Of a stretch of DNA of 64,000 bases, positions 53,988-62,278 are shown piece after piece. The DNA comes from a bacterium (GTDB lineage: Bacteria; Chloroflexota; Dormibacteria; Aeolococcales; Bog-877), in contig JAKAXE010000002.1 of the NCBI GenBank assembly GCA_021816695.1, forward strand, positions 28,914-92,913. Reading direction: 5' to 3'. Under the pieces are notes generated by a model. The model worked only from the letters and a program-made list of their open reading frames with translations. It made no database searches and had not been told where the DNA came from. Numbering within the stretch: the first letter of the stretch is position 1; every line of letters starts with the position of its first letter. Made by a program: the position numbers and the translations under genes.

Positions 53988-54764
53988 TTGCTGATCGCCA
54001 CCTGGAACGTCAACTCCATCCAGGCCCGGCTGCCGCTTGTGCTCGAATGGCTGGAGCGGCGCCGGCCCGACGTGCTCCTGGTCCAGGAGACCAAGTGCCC
54101 TCCGGGAGCCTTTCCTCGGGCCGAGGTGGAGGCCGCCGGTTACCAGGTTGCGGATCACGGCGAGGGGAGGTGGAACGGAGTTGCGGTGCTGTCGCGGGTC
54201 GGCCTGGACCAGGTCGCCACCGGGCTCGACCTGGCGGACCCCGACGGCCGGGTCGAGGCCCGCTATGTTGCCGCCGACTGTGGCCCCCTGCGCGTCGCCA
54301 GTGTCTACGTTCCCAACGGCCGGGAGCTCGGACACCCTTACTTCACCTACAAGCTCGCCTTCCTGGAGCAACTGAGGGAGCGGGTGGCCAGGGAGCTGAC
54401 CGGAGGGAGGCCGTTCATCCTCGGCGGGGACTTCAACATCGCCCCCAAGGACAGCGACGTCTTCGACCCGGCGGCCTTCGTGGGGCAGACCCACGTGAGC
54501 CCGGAGGAGCGCGACGCCTTGACCGAGGTGCTTGTAGCGGGGGTCGTCGACCTCGCTGCCCTTCCGGGTCAGACCCCCTCATACACCTACTGGGACTACC
54601 GCCAGGGATTCTTCCGCCGCGGGCTGGGGATGCGGATCGATCTGCTGCTCGGGACGAGGGATCTTGCCGGGGCAACGACCCTGGTTGAGGTCGATCGCTC
54701 CGCCCGGGAAGCTTCCCGCCCCAGCGACCACGCCCCGCTGATGGCCAGCCTGGCTGGGCCCTAA
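53988..54764 (+). CDS. xthA: Exodeoxyribonuclease III (AP endonuclease, Xth family)
   Basis: TTG start. LIATWNVNSIQARL...VLLVQETK...GGDFNIAP...SDHAPL, the canonical Xth/EEP motifs. 258 aa. Confidence 0.9.
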   Translation: MLIATWNVNSIQARLPLVLEWLERRRPDVLLVQETKCPPGAFPRAEVEAAGYQVADHGEGRWNGVAVLSRVGLDQVATGLDLADPDGRVEARYVAADCGPLRVASVYVPNGRELGHPYFTYKLAFLEQLRERVARELTGGRPFILGGDFNIAPKDSDVFDPAAFVGQTHVSPEERDALTEVLVAGVVDLAALPGQTPSYTYWDYRQGFFRRGLGMRIDLLLGTRDLAGATTLVEVDRSAREASRPSDHAPLMASLAGP

Positions 54765-54784
54765 GCGTCAGCCCCAGACCCCAA

Positions 54785-55831
54785 TCAGACGCCCGCGTAG
54801 CCTCGGGCAACCAGCAGCTCGGCGTTGAGCAGCGCAGCTCCAGCCGCTCCCCGCACCAGGTTGTGGGTGAGCACGGTGAACTTGAAGTCGAGAACCGGGC
54901 ACTCTCTTACTCTCCCGACAGCCACCGTCATCCCGCCTCCAGCCCCTCGGTCGAGCCGGGGCTGCGGACGGTCGGGCCGGCAGTGGAGCTGGACCGGGAA
55001 TGGTGGAGAGCTGGGGAGAGCGGCAACCTCCGGGGCAGCTCGAAAGAAGGCAAGAGCGTCTGCCACCTCCTGGACGGTCGCCGCTGACCGCAACTTCACG
55101 CTGACCGCCGCCAGGTGACCATCCAGGACGGCCACCCGATGGCAGGCCGCGCTCACCGCCAGGTCGGCGGGCAAAAAGCTGCCCTCCCATCGCCCGAGGA
55201 TCTTGCCCGGCTCGGCCTCTAACTTCTCCTCCTCCCCAGGGATGTGGGGCAAAACGTTATCGGCAATCATTCCGGCGCTCAGCCCGTCCAAGCCTGCGCC
55301 CGAGATCGCCTGCATGGTTGTCACCTGGACCTGGCTCACGCCGAACCGGTCCCAGAGCGGCTTGAGGGCCAGCACCAGCCCTATGGTCGAGCAGTTGGGA
55401 TTGGCGACGATGAAGCCACCACCGCCGCTTTGGACACCCTGGAGCACGTCGAGGTGGGAGGCGTTGACCTCGGGAATCACAAGGGGCACTTCCGGATCCA
55501 TCCGGTGAGAGCTGCTGTTCGTCACCACCGCATATCCCTGGCGGGCGAGATGGGCTTCGGCTCCCGCCGCCACCGCCGCGTCAAGTGCCGAGAGCAGCAG
55601 CCGCGACCTAGGGAGCTCGGCCAGCGGCTGGACCCGGAGTTGGCGCGCCACCTCCGGCGGCGAGCCCGGCAGCCTCCAGTCGACCGTTTCCCCGTACAGC
55701 CGGCCCGCGGACCGGTCCGATGCCGCCAGCTCGGCGAGTTCGAACCAGGGGTGACCGTCAAGCATGGCCACCATGTGCTGCCCCACCGTTCCAGTGGCTC
55801 CCAGGATGGCGACGGGAATCTTCTGACTCAT
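54785..55831 (-). CDS. asd: Aspartate-semialdehyde dehydrogenase
   Basis: IPVAILGATGTVGQ Rossmann N-terminus and active-site block NPNCSTI. Start taken at MSQKIPVAILG; an in-frame ATG 21 nt upstream is also possible. Confidence 0.9.
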   Translation of the reverse strand: MSQKIPVAILGATGTVGQHMVAMLDGHPWFELAELAASDRSAGRLYGETVDWRLPGSPPEVARQLRVQPLAELPRSRLLLSALDAAVAAGAEAHLARQGYAVVTNSSSHRMDPEVPLVIPEVNASHLDVLQGVQSGGGGFIVANPNCSTIGLVLALKPLWDRFGVSQVQVTTMQAISGAGLDGLSAGMIADNVLPHIPGEEEKLEAEPGKILGRWEGSFLPADLAVSAACHRVAVLDGHLAAVSVKLRSAATVQEVADALAFFRAAPEVAALPSSPPFPVQLHCRPDRPQPRLDRGAGGGMTVAVGRVRECPVLDFKFTVLTHNLVRGAAGAALLNAELLVARGYAGV

Positions 55832-56143
55832 GGCCCGGAGTCTGGCAGTCAACGACCGGCCACGTCCAGCGCCACCTGCGCCGACCCCTACTCAGCCGCT
55901 ATGGTTGCCATGTGGCCAGCGCGCGTTTCGCCCAAGGCGGTCTTTCCCGTGCTCACCGGAGTTCGACGGGACATGGGCTGATGGCCGCCCTGGTCATGGC
56001 ACGAATGCGCGAGCGTGCCGCGGGGGACACGCTGACCCTCAACTAGCGCCCAGCGCTAGCTCCCCCGCCCCGCATCCCGGCGCCGGTGCGCCTGCCCTCC
56101 ATTGGGAGGGCTTGATGCAACCCACTGATCCAGGAGATCTGCG

Positions 56144-57385
56144 ATGTCCCAACTTTTCCGTCTTCGCTGCCCCAGCTGTGAGCGAGAGTTCACTCGCGAA
56201 GCAGTGACCCTCTGCCCGGACTGCTTCTTCCCCACCGAGGTCGCCTACGACTACGGGGCCATCAGGGAGCGCCTGAGTCAAGAGGCCGTGGAGCACCGAC
56301 CTCGCGACATCTGGCGCTATGGCGAGCTGCTTCCCATCCCGGACTCCGCACCCCGGCTGGCGGGGGTGGGCTGGACCCCGCTGATCGAGGCCCCCCGTCT
56401 CGGACGGCGTTTGGGATCGGGATCCCTGTTCATAAAGGACGACGCCGCCTGCTTCCCCACCCTGTCCTTCAAGGACCGGGTGGTTGCGGTGGCTCTGGCC
56501 GCAGCCCGGGAGCTCGGATACCAGGTGGTCGGCTGCGCCTCTACCGGCAATCTGGCCAACGCCGTGGCGGCCCACGCTGCCCGCGCCGGTCTGGAGGCGT
56601 GGGTGCTGGTTCCCGCTGACCTGGAGCCCGCCAAGCTCCTGGGCACCGCCGTGTACGGCGCCAACTTGGTGCGCGTGACGGCTGCCTACGATCAGGTCAA
56701 CCGCCTCTGCGCGGAGATCGCTGAGCGCCACCGCTGGGGATTCGTCAACGTCAATCTCCGACCCTTCTACGCGGAGGGCTCTAAGACGGTCGCCTTCGAG
56801 ATCGCCGAGCAGCTGGGGTGGCGGCTGCCCGACAACGTGGTGGTGCCGATGGCGGGAGGCGCCCAGCTTACCCGGATCGCCAATGGATTCCAGGAGCTGG
56901 TGACGCTCGGGATGGTGCCAGCCCATCCGGTCCGGCTGTTCGGTGCCCAAGCTAAGGGGTGCTCCCCGATTGCGACCGCCCACCAGTTGGGGCGCGAGAG
57001 CTTTGTTCCGGTGGTGCCCAGCACCATTTGCAAGTCCCTGGCCATCGGGAACCCCGCGGACGGGCACGCCGCCCTTCGGGCGATCGCCCGGTCCGGCGGA
57101 GGCGCCGGTTCGGCCACCGACATGGAGATCGTCGGCGGCATCCGTCTGCTGGCGGAGTCGGAGGGCATCCTGGGAGAGACGGCGGCGGGTGTCACCGTGG
57201 CGGTGGCCGGACAGCTTCTCGAAGCCGGGGCAATCGCACCCGGCGAAACCACCGTCGTGTGCATCACCGGCAACGGGCTGAAGACACTCGACTGCCTCAA
57301 CCGCGAGATCGATCTTGGGGCTCCCCTGGCCCCCAGCCTGGATGCCTTTGAGGTCCATTGGGGCCGACTTGCGGGAGCCGCATAG
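56144..57385 (+). CDS. thrC: Threonine synthase (with N-terminal Cys4 zinc-ribbon)
   Basis: PLP-lysine motif PTLSFKDR and the block GCASTGN. N-terminal CPSC...CPDC. 413 aa. Confidence 0.85.
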   Translation: MSQLFRLRCPSCEREFTREAVTLCPDCFFPTEVAYDYGAIRERLSQEAVEHRPRDIWRYGELLPIPDSAPRLAGVGWTPLIEAPRLGRRLGSGSLFIKDDAACFPTLSFKDRVVAVALAAARELGYQVVGCASTGNLANAVAAHAARAGLEAWVLVPADLEPAKLLGTAVYGANLVRVTAAYDQVNRLCAEIAERHRWGFVNVNLRPFYAEGSKTVAFEIAEQLGWRLPDNVVVPMAGGAQLTRIANGFQELVTLGMVPAHPVRLFGAQAKGCSPIATAHQLGRESFVPVVPSTICKSLAIGNPADGHAALRAIARSGGGAGSATDMEIVGGIRLLAESEGILGETAAGVTVAVAGQLLEAGAIAPGETTVVCITGNGLKTLDCLNREIDLGAPLAPSLDAFEVHWGRLAGAA

Positions 57386-57412
57386 CCCATGGTTCTCCCT
57401 TGCCGTGCGGTG

Positions 57413-58801
57413 ATGAAGTTCGGCGGCACCTCGGTCCTCGGCCCCCGGGGCACGGACCGGGTGGCGTCGGTCCTGGCCGACAGCCCGGCGGGGGTGGTCG
57501 CCGTGGTGTCGGCTATGGCGGGCACGACTGACGTCCTGCTCCAGGGGGTTGAGGCCGCGGCAGCCGGAAGGCCCGGGTTGGAAGACGCCGCTGCGGCGAC
57601 CCGGCGTGCCCACCTGGCCGCCGCCCGGCACCTGCTCACCGGTCGGGAGCTGGAGGGCTTCGTGGCCCATCTGGAGCAGGTGACCGCCAACTATCGGGCC
57701 CGCGGTGCCCAGCTGGCCGGGTCCCCCCGCGAGGCCAACCGCCACCTGGAGGCTGCCGCCAGCGCCGGGGAGCTGCTCTCAGCGCATCTGGTGGCAGCTG
57801 TCCTACGGCAGCGGGGAGTGGCGGCCATCCCCGTGGACTCCGCCCAGCTGCTGCTCACGGACGGCCACCCCATGGCGGCCACTCCCCTCATCTCCGAGAC
57901 GCGCGAGCGCGTCCGGGGACGGCTACTACCCCTGCTCCAAGGCGGAACTCTTCCAGTGGTCACGGGTTTCCGCGCCGGGACGGCCGGGGGCGAGGTTACG
58001 ACCCTCGGCCGGGGCGGGTCGGACCACAGCGCCACCCTTCTTGCCCAGGCCCTGCCGGCAGCGGAGGTGTGGATCTGGACGGACGTCGACGGCATCCTCA
58101 CCGCTGACCCCCGCCTGGTCCCGCAGGCCCGGCTCCTCCCCGAGGTCTCGTACGCCGAGGCTCTGGAGCTGTCCTACTTCGGTGCCAAGGTGCTGCACCG
58201 GAGCGCGGTGCTGCCCGCGGCCGCTTCCGGGATCCCGATCCGCATCAAGAACACCATGCGACCAGAGGGACAGGGCACGTTGATCGAGGGCAGGTCACCG
58301 GGCCTCGGCCGGGTGAGGGCGGTGACCCAGGTGGAGAAGGCGGGCCTGCTGACCCTCACAGCGAGCCCCGGGGACGGGCTGAACCGTCTGGCCGGTGAGG
58401 TGTTCGGCCGCTTCGCCGACGCCAGGATCACCACCTTGTTGGTCACCCAGTCGTCCGCCGAGGACACGATCTGCGTGGCCGTACCCGCAGTGGAGGTGCC
58501 CACTGCCCGGAGGGTCCTCCGGCAAACCAGCTACCTCGGGAACCTGGACGTCCAGGACCAGGTCTCCGTGGTGGTGATGGTCGGGGAGGCGATGCGCGGC
58601 ACCGCCGGGATCGCGGGGAAGATGTTCGGAGCCCTGGGGAAGGAGGGGATCAACGTGATTGCCATCTCCCAGGGGTCATCGGAGCTGGCCGTGGCCGCGG
58701 TGGTGCAGCGCCAGGAGGTCGGGGACGCGGTGCGCGCCCTGCACCAGGTGTTCGAGCTGGGCTCCCCAGGGCCGGGTGGTCCGCCTCAGGTCCTGAGGTA
58801 G
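57413..58801 (+). CDS. lysC: Aspartate kinase (monofunctional, long form with C-terminal ACT domains)
   Basis: Canonical N-terminus MKFGGTSV, then VVSAMAGTTD and GRGGSD. C-terminal ACT-type repeats. An in-frame ATG at 57389 would add 8 aa. Confidence 0.88.
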   Translation: MKFGGTSVLGPRGTDRVASVLADSPAGVVAVVSAMAGTTDVLLQGVEAAAAGRPGLEDAAAATRRAHLAAARHLLTGRELEGFVAHLEQVTANYRARGAQLAGSPREANRHLEAAASAGELLSAHLVAAVLRQRGVAAIPVDSAQLLLTDGHPMAATPLISETRERVRGRLLPLLQGGTLPVVTGFRAGTAGGEVTTLGRGGSDHSATLLAQALPAAEVWIWTDVDGILTADPRLVPQARLLPEVSYAEALELSYFGAKVLHRSAVLPAAASGIPIRIKNTMRPEGQGTLIEGRSPGLGRVRAVTQVEKAGLLTLTASPGDGLNRLAGEVFGRFADARITTLLVTQSSAEDTICVAVPAVEVPTARRVLRQTSYLGNLDVQDQVSVVVMVGEAMRGTAGIAGKMFGALGKEGINVIAISQGSSELAVAAVVQRQEVGDAVRALHQVFELGSPGPGGPPQVLR

Positions 58802-59559
58802 GAGGCGCCGTTCACGTCCAAGATCGCCCCGCTGGAGAACCGAGCTTCGGGGGAGGCCAGGTAGAAGATGGCGGCCGCCACCTCCTCAGGGGTGGCCACC
58901 CGGCCGAAGGGGCTCTGGCGCTGGATCTCCTCACCTCGGGGACGCTTCAGCTCCTGGTTGTACATGTCGGTGGCGACCCAACCGGGCGCCACGGTGGCGA
59001 TGCTGATCCCGTGGGGAGCCAGGGCCACCGCCAGCGATTGACCAAGGGCGTTGAGGCCCGCCTTGCTGGCGCCGTACCCGGGCTGACCGGGCTCGCCCCG
59101 GAAGGCGCCCCGAGAGGAGACGTTGACGATCGCCCCTCCCCTTCCCATCATCTTCCGCGCCGCGAAGTACATGAGGTAGGCGGGGGCCAGCAGGTTCACC
59201 GCCAGCGTTCTCTCCAGCGCCTGGCGCCAGGGATCGAAGTCCATCTCCAGGAGGTCATGAGGAAGGCTGACCCCCGCGTTGTTGACCAGGACGTCGAGCC
59301 CTCCGAGAAGGGCGTCGGCCTCCTCGACCGCCCGCTCCGCCACCTGCGGATCGGAGAGGTCACCGGAGACCACGCCATGCCCCGCCCCGACGAGTTCGCC
59401 GAGTAGCTCTTCGGCTAGGTGGGGCGAGTCGCGGTGGTGGACGGCCACTCGATCACCCGCCGCCGCGAACGCGAGGGCGGCGGCTCTGCCGATGCCGCGG
59501 GAAGCCCCCGTGACCAGAACCGCGCGCCCCGGGCGCACCGGATGATCAGGCTTCGGCAA
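58786..59559 (-). CDS. Short-chain dehydrogenase/reductase (FabG-like)
   Basis: TGASRGIG cofactor motif, NNAG, and catalytic S...YGASK. 257 aa. Its 3' end overlaps the convergent lysC by 16 nt. Confidence 0.85.
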   Translation of the reverse strand: MPKPDHPVRPGRAVLVTGASRGIGRAAALAFAAAGDRVAVHHRDSPHLAEELLGELVGAGHGVVSGDLSDPQVAERAVEEADALLGGLDVLVNNAGVSLPHDLLEMDFDPWRQALERTLAVNLLAPAYLMYFAARKMMGRGGAIVNVSSRGAFRGEPGQPGYGASKAGLNALGQSLAVALAPHGISIATVAPGWVATDMYNQELKRPRGEEIQRQSPFGRVATPEEVAAAIFYLASPEARFSSGAILDVNGASYLRT

Positions 59560-59613
59560 GTACAGGCCTCACCCGACCGAGTTTACCGGAGTGGCGGTCC
59601 CCCCAGGCCTGGG

Positions 59614-60753
59614 TCAGCTGCGCCCCGCCCGGGCTCTGGCCTCCGCCGCGGAGCGCTCCCATCGCTCCTCCACATTGCCGTACCGCCAGATGAGCAGCGC
59701 GGCGGCCCAGGTGAGGATGAAGAGGCCCACGATCACGAATCCGGCCGTGTTGATCGAGAAGCCTGCGGCAAAGTTCCAGACCCCGCCGTGGAGGTGGAGC
59801 TCAGACTGCAGCACCTGGATGAGCTCGATGGTGCCGATGATGAGCGCCACCACCACCGAGATCCCGGTGATGGCTATGTTGTAGTAGACCTTGCGCAGCG
59901 GCCTTGAGAAGGCCCAGCCGTAAGCGTAGTTCATGAAGGCCCCGTCGAAGGAGTCCATCATCGACATCCCCGCCGCAAAAAGAAGTGGGAGGGAGATGAT
60001 GGCGTAGAGGGGAAGTCCAGCCGAGGTCGCGGTACCCGCCAGCACCAATAGGGCGACCTCGGTGGCAGTGTCAAACCCCAGCCCGAACAGGACCCCCACC
60101 GGGTACATCTGCCAGGGCTTGGTGATGGACCGCGCCAAAGGGCCGAGGAACCGGAACATGAATCCCCGGCTGTTCAACTGGGCCTCGAGCTCGGAATCGT
60201 TGTACTTCCCCTGTCTCATCTCCAGGAAAATCTGCACGATGCCGATCAGCACCATGAGGTTCAAGCCGGCGATCAGGTAGAGGAATCCGCCGGAGACCAA
60301 GGTGCCGAAGAAGTTCCCGAAGGACTGCAGGGTGGAATGGCTGTTGTTCACCGCGCTGGAAACCGCCCGGGCCGCGAAACCGATGCCCACAGCGAGGGAG
60401 AAGACGATCGTCGAGTGACCCAGAGAGAAGAAGGTACCGATGCTCAGAGGACGCTGCCCTTCGGCCTGGAGCTTCCGGGTGGTGTTGTCGATCGCCGAGA
60501 TGTGATCCGCGTCGAAGGCGTGGCGGAGTCCGAAGGAGTAGGCGAGGATTCCGAGTCCTAGCCCGAAGACCTTGGGTCCCACGGAGTAGTGATGGGCCAC
60601 CGCCAGCAGGAGCAGCCCGAATCCCAGCACATGGAGGCCAACGATGACGACCACCATGAAAATGGCCTGCCGGCGCTGGTCGGGACTGAACCCTCGGATC
60701 CAGCCAACGAGGCTGGGCCGAGATGTCTGGACGGCAACGGGCGGGCTGGCCAT
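59614..60753 (-). CDS. NiCoT-family nickel/cobalt permease (HoxN/HupN/NixA-like)
   Basis: Signature HAFDADHISAIDNTTRKL in TM2, plus the GLGFDTATE block. Start placed at ATG comp(60751-60753), which has SD GGAGGAG 7 nt upstream. The track start at 60819 lies inside the predicted promoter. Confidence 0.85.
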   Translation of the reverse strand: MASPPVAVQTSRPSLVGWIRGFSPDQRRQAIFMVVVIVGLHVLGFGLLLLAVAHHYSVGPKVFGLGLGILAYSFGLRHAFDADHISAIDNTTRKLQAEGQRPLSIGTFFSLGHSTIVFSLAVGIGFAARAVSSAVNNSHSTLQSFGNFFGTLVSGGFLYLIAGLNLMVLIGIVQIFLEMRQGKYNDSELEAQLNSRGFMFRFLGPLARSITKPWQMYPVGVLFGLGFDTATEVALLVLAGTATSAGLPLYAIISLPLLFAAGMSMMDSFDGAFMNYAYGWAFSRPLRKVYYNIAITGISVVVALIIGTIELIQVLQSELHLHGGVWNFAAGFSINTAGFVIVGLFILTWAAALLIWRYGNVEERWERSAAEARARAGRS

Positions 60754-60784
60754 CAACTGGCTCCTCCAAGGCTCAAGTGGTGGG

Positions 60785-60813
60785 ATGCTAGCACACATGC
60801 CACTTAGTGGCAA
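60785..60813 (-). promoter_or_regulatory. Candidate promoter of the NiCoT gene (TTGCCA-N17-TAGCAT) overlapped by the palindrome CCACTTAGTGG
   Basis: Minus-strand reading: TTGCCA (60808-60813), a 17-nt spacer, TAGCAT (60785-60790). The 5-1-5 palindrome at 60800-60810 overlaps the -35/spacer. The segment is visibly less GC-rich than its surroundings. Confidence 0.4.
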
Positions 60814-60866
60814 CTGCAATGCTAAGGCATCAACGCCTCGGACGAGGCTCCCTGAGCGGGCCGGAA

Positions 60867-62186
60867 CTAGCGCCCCAGCTCGCTGGCGCAGACCTCCCTA
60901 AGCTGCGAAAGCGACACCCGGACCTGCTCCATGGTGTCCCTACGGCGCACGGTCGCCGCCTGGTCCTCGAGGCTCTCGAAGTCAATCGTGATCGCCAGCG
61001 GAGTGCCGATCTCGTCCTGCCGCCGGTACCGCCGGCCGATGGCCTGGGTCTCGTCGTACTCGGTGGCGAAGCTGGAGCGGAGATCCGCCTCCACTCGCCT
61101 GGCTATCTCCATCAGCTCGGGCCGCTTGGAAAGCGGCAGGACGGCCACCTCGAAGGGTGCCACCCGGGGGTCGAGGCCGAGCACGACTCTCGTCTCCCCT
61201 CGAACTTCCTCCTCCCTGTAGGCGTCCAGCAGGAGCGCCAAAAAGGTGCGGTCCACTCCCAGGGAGGGCTCCACCACATAGGGCAGAAAGCGAGCTCCGG
61301 TGGCGGGGTCGGTGTACTGCAGGTCCTTGCCGCTCATCTCCTGGTGGCGGCGGAGATCGTAGTCCCCTCGGCGGGCGATCCCCTCCAGCTCGCCCCAGCC
61401 CCAGGGGAATCGATACTCGATATCCGTGGAGGCGAGGGCGTAATGGGCCTTCTCGTCCTCACCATGAGGCCGGAAACGCAGGCTGTCGGCGCTGAGCCCG
61501 ATCGAACGATGCCAACCCATGCGGCGCTCGCACCAGTACTCGAACCAGGTGGCGTCGTCCTCCGGTGAGCAGAACCACTCCAGCTCCATCATCTCCAGCT
61601 CACGGAGACGGAAGATGAAGTTGCCGGTGGTGATCTCGTTGCGGAAGCTGCGCCCGATCTGGGCGATGCCGAAGGGAACCCGCTGGCGCGAGCTGGTGAG
61701 AACGTTCTTGAAGTTGACGAATATGCCCTGAGCCGTCTCCGGGCGGAGGTAGACGACACTTCCGGCGTCCTCCACCGCGCCCATGTGGGTCTTGAACATC
61801 AGATTGAACTGGCGGGCGGCACTGAGCTCACCACCACAGTTGGGGCATCGGTCTCCCGACAGCTGGTCGGCCCGCCAGCGCTGATGGCACTCCCCAAGGC
61901 AGTCGACCATGGGATCGCTGAAGTTGGCCAGGTGGCCGGAGGCCTCCCAGACCCGAGGGTTCATCAGGATCGCCGCCTCCAGCCCCTCCACGTCGTCGCG
62001 GAGATCCACCACCTCTCTCCACCAGAGGTCCCGGATGCGGCGCCGAAGGCGGACCCCCAGGGGCCCGAAGTCGTAGACGGCGTTCAGGCCGCCGTAGATC
62101 TCGCTGCTGGGGAAGACGAAGCCCCGCCGCTTGCAGAGCGAGACCAAAAGGTCAAGCCGGTTCGAATCTGCCACTCCACTCCTCAC
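60867..62186 (-). CDS. glyQS: Glycine--tRNA ligase (dimeric alpha2 GlyQS type)
   Basis: LCKRRGFVFPSSEIYGGL..., class II motifs (FRNEITTGNFIFRLRELEMMELEWF) and a C-terminal anticodon-binding domain. GTG at 62186. A GTG 12 nt downstream has the better SD (GAGGAG). Confidence 0.92.
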   Translation of the reverse strand: MRSGVADSNRLDLLVSLCKRRGFVFPSSEIYGGLNAVYDFGPLGVRLRRRIRDLWWREVVDLRDDVEGLEAAILMNPRVWEASGHLANFSDPMVDCLGECHQRWRADQLSGDRCPNCGGELSAARQFNLMFKTHMGAVEDAGSVVYLRPETAQGIFVNFKNVLTSSRQRVPFGIAQIGRSFRNEITTGNFIFRLRELEMMELEWFCSPEDDATWFEYWCERRMGWHRSIGLSADSLRFRPHGEDEKAHYALASTDIEYRFPWGWGELEGIARRGDYDLRRHQEMSGKDLQYTDPATGARFLPYVVEPSLGVDRTFLALLLDAYREEEVRGETRVVLGLDPRVAPFEVAVLPLSKRPELMEIARRVEADLRSSFATEYDETQAIGRRYRRQDEIGTPLAITIDFESLEDQAATVRRRDTMEQVRVSLSQLREVCASELGR

Positions 62187-62278
62187 CCGCCCCAGGAAGA
62201 CGCGGTCATTCTACGGAACGGGGGACAGCTGAACTGGTCCCTCCTTGGGTGGCCGAAAGCGGCTGGTACGATCGCCTG

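Noticed and set aside
60754-60866. B12 or NiCo riboswitch upstream of the NiCoT permease
   Set aside because: The region is only 113 nt, too short for a cobalamin riboswitch, and I saw no B12-box-like sequence. NiCo riboswitches normally control exporters. A protein operator is the more plausible reading.
62159-62168. tRNA-like T-loop string GGTTCGAATC
   Set aside because: No complementary T-stem or acceptor stem. It lies within the 5' end of glyQS.
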